DNA from: Nostoc sp.
Lineage (GTDB): Bacteria; Cyanobacteriota; Cyanobacteriia; Cyanobacteriales; Nostocaceae
Length of the DNA: 64,000 nt
Direction: 5' to 3'
Assembly: GCF_036917775.1 (NCBI RefSeq)
Contig: NZ_JBALEQ010000109.1
Coordinates: 34,763 to 98,762, forward strand
Below are positions 8,228 to 18,193 of the stretch, piece by piece (the first letter of the stretch is position 1; every line of letters begins with the position of its first letter). Made by a program: the position numbers and the translations under genes. The notes beneath the pieces are model-generated. The model was not told where the DNA came from. It saw only the letters and a program-made list of their open reading frames with translations, and did no database searches.

Positions 8228-10888
8228 ATGTCAACTCTCGTCATCGTCGAATCTCCAACCAAAGCTCGTACCATTCGCAACTACTTGCCAGCAGGCTATC
8301 GGGTGGAAGCGTCTATGGGTCATGTGCGTGACTTACCTCAGTCGGCTAGTGAAATTCCTGCTGCCGTCAAGGGGGAAACATGGGCGCAGCTAGGGGTAAA
8401 TGTGGACGCCGACTTTGAACCGGTATATGTTGTCCCGAAAGACAAAAAGAAAATTGTCACCCAGCTTAAAGAAGCCCTTAAAGATGTAGATGAACTGATT
8501 CTGGCAACAGACGAAGACCGGGAAGGTGAAAGCATTAGTTGGCATTTATACCAATTGCTGAAGCCAAAAGTTCCGACTAAGCGAATGGTGTTTCACGAAA
8601 TCACCCAAGAGGCGATCAAAAAAGCTCTAAAAAACTGCCGCAATATCGATGAGCAGTTGGTTCGCGCTCAAGAAACGCGGCGGATTTTAGATCGACTCGT
8701 GGGTTATACCCTATCTCCCCTGCTATGGAAGAAAATCGCCTGGGGATTATCTGCTGGGCGGGTGCAATCTGTAGCTGTGCGGCTTTTAGTCACTAGGGAA
8801 CGCCAACGCCGCGCTTTCCATGAGGGTACATACTGGGATTTGAAAGCCAGTTTGTCAAAGGAAAAAACCCCCTTTGGTGCCCTGTTGGTAACATTGGCAG
8901 GAACCAAAATTGCTAACGGCAGCGATTTTGACGCAGCGACTGGAGAAATTATCGCAGGTCGTAATGTCTTGTTGCTCAACGAAGACCAAGCCGTAGCCCT
9001 CAAGGAACGCCTAACAGGGAAAACCTGGAGTGTTACCGACATCGAGGAACGCCCAGTGACGCGCAAACCGTCGCCACCGTTTACCACCTCGACGTTGCAA
9101 CAAGAATCTAACCGCAAACTGCGCCTCTCAGCCCGCGACACGATGCGGGTTGCTCAGAATTTGTACGAACAAGGGTATATTACCTATATGCGGACAGATT
9201 CGGTGCATTTGTCAGATCAAGCGATCGCAGCTGCTCGGAGTTCTGTAGAAAAGCTTTACGGTCAACAATACCTCAGTCCCCAACCCCGGCAATACACCAC
9301 CAAATCCAAAGGCGCACAAGAGGCGCACGAAGCAATTCGTCCAGCCGGCAGCACTTTTCGCACTCCCCAAGAAACTGGTTTAGGCGGTCGAGAACTTGCC
9401 GTTTACGATTTAATTTGGAAGCGGACTGTCGCCTGTCAAATGGCTGATTCCCGCCAAACTCAAATTAGCGTGCAATTGCAAGTTGAGGATGCTGGATTCC
9501 GTTCTTCTGGCAAACGGATTGAATTTCCTGGATATTTACGTGCTTACGTCGAAGGTTCAGATGACCCAGAAGCAGCACTGGAAGACCAGGAAGTAATTTT
9601 GCCCAATCTGAAAGTGGGAGATCATCCCAATTGTACAGATTTAGAAGCAGTTGGCCACGAAACTCAACCGCCAGCTAGATACACCGAAGCTTCTTTAGTG
9701 AAAACCTTAGAAAGTGAAGGTATCGGTCGTCCCAGTACCTACGCCAGCATCATTGGCACAATCATTGACAAAGGTTATGCCCATTTGGTGAGTAACGCTC
9801 TCATTCCTACCTTCACAGCTTTTGCCGTCACCGATTTGCTGGAAAAACATTTCCCAGACATCGTTGATCCCAGTTTTACCTCAAAGATGGAGCAAACCCT
9901 TGATGACATCGCCACAGGTGAAGCAAAATGGCTGCCCTACTTGCAGAAATTTTATCTGGGAGAAAAAGGGCTAGAAACCCTGGTAAAAGAACGGGAAAGT
10001 CAAATTGATGCCACCAAAGCTAGGACTGTAGAACTAGAGAATCTAGATGCCAAAGTCCGTATTGGTAAATATGGCCCATACATTGAAGTTACAAATGGTG
10101 AGGGGGTAATCACCGCCTCAATTCCCAAAGACTTGACACCAGCAGACCTCGACCCCAAACAGGTAGAAGTATTGCTGCGGCAAAAAACCACAGGCCCTGA
10201 CCAGGTAGGTCGGCATCCCGAAACTGGTGAACCGATTTATGTGAAAATCGGTGCTTATGGGCCTTATGTTCAATTGGGCGATAAAACCGACGAAAACCCC
10301 AAACCGAAACAAGCTTCTCTACTCAAGGGTGTCACCCCAGAAACCGTTACCCTGGAAATGGCTGTTGGTCTGTTGGCACTACCCCGGACATTGGGAGTTC
10401 ACCCAGTCACAGGCAGCAAAATCCAAGCAAGTTTGGGACGCTTTGGCCCTTATGTGGTTCATGACCAGGGTAAGGAAGGGAAAGATTACCGTTCCCTTAA
10501 AGCTGCTGACAATGTGTTGACAATTAGTCTAGAACGTGCATTAGAACTATTGTCAGAACCCAAAAAGGGACGTAGTTCCACCAACAGCAAGTCCAAGGCA
10601 GCCTTACGCGAATTAGGCCCACATCCAGAGGACGGGGAAACAATTAACATCTACGATGGCCCTTATGGTCCTTACATCAAGCATGGCAAAACTAATGTGA
10701 GTATCCCAGAAGGTCAAACTGTAGAAGATATAACTCTGACTGAGGCGCTTAACTTATTGGCAGCTAAGGCATCGACAACGAAATCGACTCGCAAAACGAC
10801 TAAATCAACGACTTCTAAATCTAAGTCAACTGCTAAGTCAACTGCTAAGTCAACGACGGCTGCGAAAAAGAAAGTTACAGAAGGCTAA
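8228..10888 (+). CDS. topA: DNA topoisomerase I
   Basis: [32 protein letters not shown], catalytic ITYMRTDS, C-terminal repeats, Lys/Thr/Ser-rich tail. Confidence 0.98.
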   Translation: MSTLVIVESPTKARTIRNYLPAGYRVEASMGHVRDLPQSASEIPAAVKGETWAQLGVNVDADFEPVYVVPKDKKKIVTQLKEALKDVDELILATDEDREGESISWHLYQLLKPKVPTKRMVFHEITQEAIKKALKNCRNIDEQLVRAQETRRILDRLVGYTLSPLLWKKIAWGLSAGRVQSVAVRLLVTRERQRRAFHEGTYWDLKASLSKEKTPFGALLVTLAGTKIANGSDFDAATGEIIAGRNVLLLNEDQAVALKERLTGKTWSVTDIEERPVTRKPSPPFTTSTLQQESNRKLRLSARDTMRVAQNLYEQGYITYMRTDSVHLSDQAIAAARSSVEKLYGQQYLSPQPRQYTTKSKGAQEAHEAIRPAGSTFRTPQETGLGGRELAVYDLIWKRTVACQMADSRQTQISVQLQVEDAGFRSSGKRIEFPGYLRAYVEGSDDPEAALEDQEVILPNLKVGDHPNCTDLEAVGHETQPPARYTEASLVKTLESEGIGRPSTYASIIGTIIDKGYAHLVSNALIPTFTAFAVTDLLEKHFPDIVDPSFTSKMEQTLDDIATGEAKWLPYLQKFYLGEKGLETLVKERESQIDATKARTVELENLDAKVRIGKYGPYIEVTNGEGVITASIPKDLTPADLDPKQVEVLLRQKTTGPDQVGRHPETGEPIYVKIGAYGPYVQLGDKTDENPKPKQASLLKGVTPETVTLEMAVGLLALPRTLGVHPVTGSKIQASLGRFGPYVVHDQGKEGKDYRSLKAADNVLTISLERALELLSEPKKGRSSTNSKSKAALRELGPHPEDGETINIYDGPYGPYIKHGKTNVSIPEGQTVEDITLTEALNLLAAKASTTKSTRKTTKSTTSKSKSTAKSTAKSTTAAKKKVTEG

Positions 10889-10902
10889 CTTCAAGTCAAC
10901 TA

Positions 10903-10960
10903 ATTTTAGATTTTGGGTAACACCTTTGGTGCCCTTCCGGCGTAACTTGGATTTTGGATT
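10903..10960. repeat. Small dispersed element inside a GATTTTG heptamer array (copy 1)
   Basis: gggtaacacctttggtgcccttccggcgtaact; an inverted near-copy lies at 12053-12107. Confidence 0.7.
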
Positions 10961-11389
10961 AAAAGAATTAATTTTGGGGTTCATGCCCCGAGGCCACTTG
11001 CTTTATTCCGGGGAACCTGTCCACCCTAGTGGCTCCCCCTTGTAAGTAAATAAATCTAAAATCTAAAAGACGCTCCTACGGACGCTCGATGACTCGCTAA
11101 CGCTAAGGGTACGCTATCGTAAATCTAAAATTCGTAGTCAAGAGTCCAAAGTCCGATCTTTAAACTCTTGACCCTTGATATTTATCCTTGATAGGATGCA
11201 GTTCTCTAGGTTGCAAGTGTGATACTCTAAAAAGTAAGGGAGAACACAACGCCAAATTTTAGAAGTGGCTTATGTCCCAAAAACGGGATTGTGTCTGTGC
11301 CCGGTTGGAAGCCAGAGGTACGACAATGTGCCATTTTCTGCGTACCTGTTAATCAAAATTTGAGGTAGTATCTCAGGAGCATTCAGTTC

Positions 11390-11530
11390 ATGGACTATAT
11401 AGAAAAGGTGCTGGAAAAGCTTAAGGAATTAGCACGCAGGCTGATTGAGAGCCTGTTAGGGCCAGAGGCTGAACCGGAACCGGAACTGATTCCGATTCCT
11501 GTGAACGATCGCTCGCGTCGTCGCCACTAG
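11390..11530 (+). CDS. Small 46-aa protein missing from the ORF track: [46 protein letters not shown]
   Basis: ATG preceded by AGGAG; amphipathic helix then Pro/Glu-rich tail; stop is 7 nt before the aroQ start. Confidence 0.7.
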   Translation: MDYIEKVLEKLKELARRLIESLLGPEAEPEPELIPIPVNDRSRRRH

Positions 11531-11537
11531 AGCCAAA

Positions 11538-11999
11538 GTGCTGAACTCGACATCACAACCCTTAAGCATTCTGGCACTGCATGGGCCAAACTTGAATTTG
11601 CTAGGACAGCGAGAACCAGGAATTTATGGTTCGTTGACACTAGCTGAAATTAACCGCCTGTTAGAAGAAGAAGGATTCAAGTTACAGGCGAAAGTTTTTC
11701 CCTTGCAGTCAAATCATGAAGGAATCTTAGTAGATACTATTCATGAGGCATTAGGACAACATCAAGGAATTTTGATTAATGCCGGAGCATATACTCACAC
11801 AAGTGTGGCATTGCGAGATGCGATCGCGGCTGTTAACTTGCCCACAGTCGAAGTACATCTGAGTAATATTTACCGCCGGGAAGATTTTCGTCATCATTCG
11901 TACATCGCCCCAGTTGCGATCGGGCAAATAAGTGGTTTTGGCGTTCAAAGTTACTTGTTGGGCTTACAAGCTTTGGTAAATCATTTGAGAAAAGATTAA
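11538..11999 (+). CDS. aroQ: Type II 3-dehydroquinate dehydratase
   Basis: [39 protein letters not shown] motifs. Confidence 0.97.
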   Translation: MLNSTSQPLSILALHGPNLNLLGQREPGIYGSLTLAEINRLLEEEGFKLQAKVFPLQSNHEGILVDTIHEALGQHQGILINAGAYTHTSVALRDAIAAVNLPTVEVHLSNIYRREDFRHHSYIAPVAIGQISGFGVQSYLLGLQALVNHLRKD

Positions 12000-12052
12000 A
12001 AATAACTCAATTCTAGATTTGATATTTTGGATTTTGGATTAAATTATTCAAT

Positions 12053-12107
12053 CCCAAATCTAAGTTACGCTAGAAGCGCACCAAAGGTGCAACCCAAAAT
12101 CCAAAAT
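12053..12107. repeat. Small dispersed element inside a heptamer array (copy 2, inverted)
   Basis: Reverse complement gggttgcacctttggtgcgcttctagcgtaact matches copy 1. Confidence 0.7.
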
Positions 12108-12110
12108 TCT

Positions 12111-13052
12111 ATGCGTTACTCTCCTATAAGTCGATTTAGAGGTACTTTTCTCGGAGCATTTATCGGGGGAAGTTTAACATCTGATGGTAAAATCCAGTCT
12201 CATAGTTACCTAGATTTAGGCAGAATGGCGATTCTGGGTACTGAGAGTTTAATTAACTTAGGTAAATTAGATTTAGATGATTGGATAGCGCGTCAGCAGC
12301 AAGAATCTCTTCATTTAGCAGCAGCTGATGATATATCGATAAAAATAATTATTGCCACACTACCAATAGCACTTTTTTTTCACGAAAATCCGATTAAGCT
12401 GCGACAAAACTTGCTGCGTGTACTTAAAATCTGGGAAGATGACCCAGTAGTAAGGGATGGAACACTCGCGGTAGCTTATGCGATATCTCTTGCCCTAACT
12501 GAAAAACTCGATCCTCTAACCCTCATCCCACAAACAATTTCTTTTCTTGGTGAAACACCGACATCCATACCAAAAAAATTATTAAAAGTCCAGAACTTAT
12601 TAGGGCAAGGGGCAGGATTGTCAAGGGCGCAAGCTGAGTTTGTTAGGGAAGAAAAACTCAGTAACACTATTGCTATGGCATTTTACTCCTTTTTGAGTAC
12701 CTTAGAAGACTTTCGCCTTGCGGTTTTGCAGGCTACTCACAATAGAAATTCTAAAGCGCAAGATGCTACATCTCTAAACTCACAGGCTACAGGAGCAATT
12801 ACTGGTGCTTTATCAGGAGCATATAACGGTATAAGCGGAATTCCTGTCAATTGGCAAGTCTTGCTCTTGCAAAGGAATTCTCCTGTATGGGGATTAACTA
12901 GCTTTTCCCAAATGTTAAAATTGACCGATGTATTTGTGGCGGTGTGGTCAGGAGTGTATGATATTGACCTAAATCCCAGAGAGTTAACACAGGGATGTGA
13001 GGAGGCTTTGCTTTCAGTTTACGCAGCTCCCCGCGTTATTCGATCGCGTTAA
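12111..13052 (+). CDS. ADP-ribosylglycohydrolase-fold protein, probably non-catalytic
   Basis: SRFRGTFLGAFIG N-terminus and GAITGALSGAYNGISGIP C-terminus; start set at MRYSP because the upstream part of the ORF is repeat DNA. Confidence 0.75.
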   Translation: MRYSPISRFRGTFLGAFIGGSLTSDGKIQSHSYLDLGRMAILGTESLINLGKLDLDDWIARQQQESLHLAAADDISIKIIIATLPIALFFHENPIKLRQNLLRVLKIWEDDPVVRDGTLAVAYAISLALTEKLDPLTLIPQTISFLGETPTSIPKKLLKVQNLLGQGAGLSRAQAEFVREEKLSNTIAMAFYSFLSTLEDFRLAVLQATHNRNSKAQDATSLNSQATGAITGALSGAYNGISGIPVNWQVLLLQRNSPVWGLTSFSQMLKLTDVFVAVWSGVYDIDLNPRELTQGCEEALLSVYAAPRVIRSR

Positions 13053-13468
13053 TTTTATTTCCAGCGAAAAATGGTGCGGGTACTAAACTCTCAAAATTAG
13101 CTTGATAAGCTGTTACGTATACAACTTGCACTATCAAGGCGGGCTTTTCGGCCCACCCCACAATCATATTGAAAAAATATTAGTGCAAATTAAAGGCACA
13201 ACAGCTTAAAACATAATAAGACAAGCTTGAATTAAATCCAGCTACCGTCTCAATTAACTAGACAAGGGGCTTTTGCCCATTGCTACAGTGTACTAGTCTT
13301 ATATACTAGAACTTTTCAGCAAACCTCAGACAGATTCTGTCAGTAGCTATTGTGACAAATTAGCTTTAATTAGCCTCCGTCACTGTAGTTGCAACAGTAG
13401 CAGATGAAATTTCCCTGATGATTGTCTTTTTTTTGAGCTATCAAAGTAGGCAATTGCAGGCAGAGATA

Positions 13469-16168
13469 ATGAAAATGCAGGAATTTTTGCAGTTCTTAAC
13501 CCAGCAATTGACTCACTGGCGGCGACAGTACAAAGGACTACGCCGTAAAGGAAAGTTAATGAGAAGTCCCAAAAGTAAAAGCGATAGAAAGGAACTTTTA
13601 GCAACTTTCCTGAAGAATGTAATCTTATTTTTATCCAAAAGCAATGACAAAAGCACTCGTCGAAAACAAGAAAGAGCGCTCCAGTCAAAGGCAAAATCGG
13701 TAACAACTAAGAGTAGTATTTATTCGGTCTGTTTAGATTGGGTGCATGAACACCGCTCTTTGGGAATTTTAGCGATCGCTGTATTATCCCTTACAGGCGT
13801 TATTGGGCAAAAATTATACAACCAAACTCAACTGCAACTAGGACATCCCGCACCCCAAACCATTACAGCGCCTTATACAGCTAAAATCGAAGATCAGAAA
13901 AAAACAGAAGCCGAGCGCAAAGCCGTCAGTGGAAGCTCCTTACAAGTGTTGATGCTAGATGCGCGAATGAACGAACAAATCAACGAAAATTTGCAACAAC
14001 TTCTAGATGATGGTAACGAAATTCGCGCTGTTGCTGGAGCTTTTCCTTTTTTTGATTCTGTAGTTTTGCCCATCTCTACCCAGCGTTATCTCCGCTCTTG
14101 TAATGACTCAGAATGGCAAGCACTGCTATTAGCCGTAGAAAATAGTAAAAATCAGCAAAAGAAAGGAACAGGACAAACCGCCTCATCCCGTTCATCATCT
14201 ATAGCTGCATCCAATCAGGAACGCCAACCGCGCACAACACCACAGAAAACAGAGCCAGTTGATTTTTCTCAAAGTACTGATTTTACTCAAGCAGTTGCAG
14301 AACTAGAATCTTACCGCGTCACAACTTCTGAGAAAAACTTGTCTTTACTGATTGCCCAAATTTCCCAAACACGCAAAAGATACACCGAAGCGACTACCAA
14401 ACTTTTACAGTTAGAGACTGTTACCCCAGAAGCAGTATACGAAGAATCATTCCTTTTGGATTTGTCAGATGTGGAGTGGGAAAAAACACAAATGGGAATC
14501 CATCAGAGTGCAGAGCGGATTCTCACCCAAGGCATCCCACAGGGACTGCCAAAAAATATCTTACAGGATGCGGTGAGTTTGCAATTGCAATCCTTTGTAC
14601 CAGAATCCGCCGAACCTTTGGCAAAGAACCTGTTGCTCGCTGTACTCAAGCCGAATCTGCAAAAAGATGAAGAAGAAACGAGAGAAAATGCTCAAAAGGC
14701 TGCTGCTGGAGTGCCACCTGTGATGGTGAAGGTGCGGCATGGTGAGGTAATTGTCAAAAGAGGAGAGCAGATTACTGCATGGGACTTAGAGGTGCTGGAG
14801 CATTATCACCTGGTTCGCCGAGAAGTAAAATGGCGGGGGTTGTTGAAGTTAGGAGGGGTGATAGCGATCGCCATTGGCATTTTTGTCTGGGTAGAACGCC
14901 ATGTTGATTATGAATTACGACAACGCGATCGCCTATTGGTGTTATTGCTAACTCTGAGTGTGCCAGGATTGGTGACAATGGGATTGCCTTACACCACTTG
15001 GAGCGCCCTTGGTTTATTGTTGGGAAGCTTCTACGGGCCGACTTTGGGGTTAACAGTTATTGGACTGCTGTTGCCGATATTAGCTGTTACCTTGGATATG
15101 AGCAAAGCTGCGCTTTTAGCTGGTGCTGGTGGGGCAATATTAGGTAGTTACATCGCGCAACGATTGCGATCGCGGGAAGAATTGGCATTATTAGGGGTTG
15201 CGATCGCTTTAACTCAGGGCGGTATTTACCTGGTTGTTAAAATCTTAATTGGTCAAGCATTTGGTTCAACCTGGTATCTCGTCCTCCGAGAAGCCGGCTT
15301 TTTTGCTTTATCTGGTTTAGGCTGGAGTGTTGTAGCTTTAGGGTTGAGTCCTTATCTCGAAAAAGTTTTCGATTTGGTCACTCCCATCCGTTTAGCAGAG
15401 TTAGCGAACCCGAACCGCCCTTTATTAAAACGACTCGCTACAGAGACTCCTGGAACTTTTCAACACACGTTATTTGTAGCTACCCTTGCCGAAGCTGCTG
15501 CCAAAGAACTAGGATGCAATGTTGAACTAGTTAGGGCTGGGACATTATATCATGATATTGGCAAAATGCACGACCCACTTGGATTTATTGAAAATCAAAT
15601 GGGGGGGCCGAATAAACATGATACAGAGATTAAAGACCCTTGGAAGAGTGCAGAGATTATCAAAAAGCACGTAACAGAAGGGTTAGTGATGGCGCGTAAA
15701 CACCTTTTGCCGACAGCGATTCAAGCTTTTATTCCAGAGCATCAGGGAACGATGGTAATTGCCTATTTCCATCACCAAGCCCAGCAAATGGCTCAGTCAG
15801 ATCCAAGTTTAACAGTAGACGACGCAGATTTTCGCTACGATGGCCCGATTCCCCAATCGCGGGAAACCGGAATTGTGATGTTAGCGGACTCTTGCGAAGC
15901 AGCGCTGCGATCGCTGCAAGCATCAAGTTCGGGTAAGCGTGTGGGAGAGAAGCGATCGCTTAAAGATGTCTCCACCGAACAAGCTTTAACAATGCTGAAT
16001 AATATTCTGCGTGCGAAATGGCAAGACAATCAACTCGTTGATTCCGGATTAAAACGGGAAGAGATGTCACAAATTGCCCAGATATTTGTGGATGTTTGGC
16101 AGCAATTTCATCACAAACGGATTGCTTATCCGAAGTTGAAGGCTAGTAACACTGTGCGGAATTCGTAA
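13469..16168 (+). CDS. 7TM-HD phosphohydrolase (PgpH-like, putative cyclic-di-AMP phosphodiesterase); start uncertain
   Basis: Extracellular domain, about 7 TM helices, PGTFQHT, LYHDIGK, FIENQ, EHQGT, RYDGP, MLADSCEAA. Confidence 0.88.
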   Translation: MKMQEFLQFLTQQLTHWRRQYKGLRRKGKLMRSPKSKSDRKELLATFLKNVILFLSKSNDKSTRRKQERALQSKAKSVTTKSSIYSVCLDWVHEHRSLGILAIAVLSLTGVIGQKLYNQTQLQLGHPAPQTITAPYTAKIEDQKKTEAERKAVSGSSLQVLMLDARMNEQINENLQQLLDDGNEIRAVAGAFPFFDSVVLPISTQRYLRSCNDSEWQALLLAVENSKNQQKKGTGQTASSRSSSIAASNQERQPRTTPQKTEPVDFSQSTDFTQAVAELESYRVTTSEKNLSLLIAQISQTRKRYTEATTKLLQLETVTPEAVYEESFLLDLSDVEWEKTQMGIHQSAERILTQGIPQGLPKNILQDAVSLQLQSFVPESAEPLAKNLLLAVLKPNLQKDEEETRENAQKAAAGVPPVMVKVRHGEVIVKRGEQITAWDLEVLEHYHLVRREVKWRGLLKLGGVIAIAIGIFVWVERHVDYELRQRDRLLVLLLTLSVPGLVTMGLPYTTWSALGLLLGSFYGPTLGLTVIGLLLPILAVTLDMSKAALLAGAGGAILGSYIAQRLRSREELALLGVAIALTQGGIYLVVKILIGQAFGSTWYLVLREAGFFALSGLGWSVVALGLSPYLEKVFDLVTPIRLAELANPNRPLLKRLATETPGTFQHTLFVATLAEAAAKELGCNVELVRAGTLYHDIGKMHDPLGFIENQMGGPNKHDTEIKDPWKSAEIIKKHVTEGLVMARKHLLPTAIQAFIPEHQGTMVIAYFHHQAQQMAQSDPSLTVDDADFRYDGPIPQSRETGIVMLADSCEAALRSLQASSSGKRVGEKRSLKDVSTEQALTMLNNILRAKWQDNQLVDSGLKREEMSQIAQIFVDVWQQFHHKRIAYPKLKASNTVRNS

Positions 16169-16310
16169 TTAAAGATTTCAAAGATTTGGAATTTTTATTT
16201 CCTAACTTCTCAATTTTAAAATATGAATAAATTATTAGGATTTAAACAAAAATAACTACTTTAACTATTCGTTTACCAGACGAAAAACACAACAGATTAA
16301 ACTGTGATAA

Positions 16311-16359
16311 TAGCAAAAATAAAACCGCCCTCAGCTTATAGGCGGTTTTATTTTTGCTA
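16311..16359. terminator. Bidirectional terminator
   Basis: Perfect 19-bp inverted repeat tagcaaaaataaaaccgcc / ggcggttttatttttgcta. Confidence 0.85.
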
Positions 16360-16373
16360 CTGTTGAATACTTA

Positions 16374-16565
16374 CTAATCGAAGATTTTTTTCAACCCATA
16401 AGCTACTAATTCTACAACTGTACCTGCGGCTATCACAGGAGCAGCAACAATAGCTACAGATGTACCACCTACGGCTGAACCCATGCCTCTTAATGTCGCT
16501 GCAACACCCACACCTGCTGCATAACAGGCTGCTTCTGCTGGATTTTTTTTATTATTGTTACTCAT
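16374..16565 (-). CDS. Small Gly/Ala/Val-rich hydrophobic protein (glycine-zipper-like)
   Basis: 63 aa, ATG start, hydrophobic core, basic C-terminus GLKKIFD, terminator immediately downstream. Confidence 0.55.
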   Translation of the reverse strand: MSNNNKKNPAEAACYAAGVGVAATLRGMGSAVGGTSVAIVAAPVIAAGTVVELVAYGLKKIFD

Positions 16566-16883
16566 TAGTAATACTGTTGACTTAACGTATTAATATTATC
16601 TAGTACCATGTTTGACATTCAACAGTATTCTTTCTGTACTTTTCGTGAATTATATGTGAACTATGAGAAGACACATCAAATATCTGGTCAGTGGGTAACT
16701 TAGTTGAACTTCTAGCCATTCATTAACTGAACAAGAAAAAACCAGTCGATTTTTTTCGACTAATTTGACAACCTCCTAACAAGAAACAATACTTACTCCT
16801 CAACCCTGAGATTGATATTCTCCTATATATTGCCAATGTTTTTTAGTTAATCGCTCGTTATCGTCAACCCACCAAACCCAGAT

Positions 16884-17497
16884 ATGTGTATCAAGTATAA
16901 TCATTGCAAAAATTCTCGCTTCGACCCCGATCGCTTTGCACCACCTCGTAAAGAAGACAAGAAACATCCCTTAGCATTAGTGGGTTTTGGTCATGGTTCG
17001 CATAGTTGTTTAGGCATGGAATTTGCCCAATCAGATTCAGCAGAGTTTGAGGATTATGTCTTTATGGTTCTCAGACTTCTCGGTATACATAACTTGTATC
17101 AATACGATAAAAAAATCAAGCTGGTAGAGCGGATGGTTTCTTTATAATTGGAAGCCTTGCAGTAATGTATGATTGTACGCTGAGAAGAAATTTTGATGAA
17201 CACAAAAAAGAGCATATTGAAAACTATGTAAATAAATTAAAAAATTCTCAGATGACAATTGATGTCAGACTAACAGATGGTGGAGGAAGGAAAAAAACAC
17301 TCCAAATTCAGGGTAAAAATCGTCAAGTTTGGATAATTACTCAAGAGAGTACTAGAGAATTATATGATGTTGATGGTATTCGTATTAAGGAAATTTCAGT
17401 ACAAAATTTAATTCAGATATTTAATAAAAGATTGTACTCAGATGCCTTTGAAGAAGATGAATTATCTGCACAACTTGCAGTAATTGATAAAACTTGA
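16884..17497 (+). pseudogene. Chimeric debris: P450 haem-motif fragment fused to a frameshifted 3' fragment of an unknown (nuclease-like?) gene
   Basis: 16916-17030 matches 21273-21387 at 111/115 nt; one extra A in the A7 run at 17109-17115 would join the two ORFs. Confidence 0.65.
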
Positions 17498-17589
17498 TTT
17501 TACTCTAATTTGTATACTAAGGTAGAAGCTCATCTAGATAGATGGTCAACCAAATGCTACGCTACAGTTAGCAAGATTGAGAGGCAACT

Positions 17590-18165
17590 ATGACTGCCCT
17601 GATTCTAAACCTCAGCCCCACCATTGAACTAACAGATGAGCAGTTCTTCCAACTGTGTCAAAATAATCGAGATTTGCGACTTGAGCGCACGGCAGAGGGA
17701 GAATTAATTATCATGCCACCAACTGGATGGGAAAGCGGAAATCGTAATAGTAGACTGACACAGCGTTTAGGTAATTGGACTGACGCTGATGGTACAGGAC
17801 TATCTTTTGATTCTTCTACAGGTTTCAAACTCCCCAATGGTGCAAACCGCTCTCCCGATGCGTCTTGGGTGAGCCGGGAGCGATTAGAAGCCCTAAATCC
17901 CGACCCTGCTAAATTCCTACCGCTTGCTCCCGATTTTGCGGTAGAGTTACGCTCTGCTTCAGACAGCTTAAAAACTGTGCAACAAAAAATGCAGGAGTAC
18001 ATTGAGAATGGTGTGCGTTTAGGTTGGCTGATTGATCCGCAGAACCAACAGGTAGAAATTTACCACCCAGGACAGGAAGTTGAGGTTTTGCGATCGCCTA
18101 CCAGCTTATCAGGTGAAGATGTATTGCCTGGATTTATACTGGATTTGGCACAGATTTTGAGTTAA
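17590..18165 (+). CDS. Uma2 family (DUF820) endonuclease-like protein
   Basis: ERTAEGELIIMPP, FDSSTGF, RSPDASW, PDFAVELRS, GVRLGWLIDP. Confidence 0.93.
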   Translation: MTALILNLSPTIELTDEQFFQLCQNNRDLRLERTAEGELIIMPPTGWESGNRNSRLTQRLGNWTDADGTGLSFDSSTGFKLPNGANRSPDASWVSRERLEALNPDPAKFLPLAPDFAVELRSASDSLKTVQQKMQEYIENGVRLGWLIDPQNQQVEIYHPGQEVEVLRSPTSLSGEDVLPGFILDLAQILS

Positions 18166-18193
18166 GCGATCGCAGTTTCCCAATATTCAATCC

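Noticed and set aside
10790-10885. 12-nt repeats (aagtcaactgct) at the end of topA
   Set aside because: Ordinary Lys/Ser/Thr-rich topoisomerase I tail
12027-12110. N-terminal extension of the ADP-ribosylglycohydrolase-like ORF
   Set aside because: Encoded by heptamer repeats and a dispersed element
16884-17147. 87-aa ORF as a genuine mini-P450
   Set aside because: It is a fusion of a 115-bp duplicate with unrelated sequence and lacks the rest of the fold
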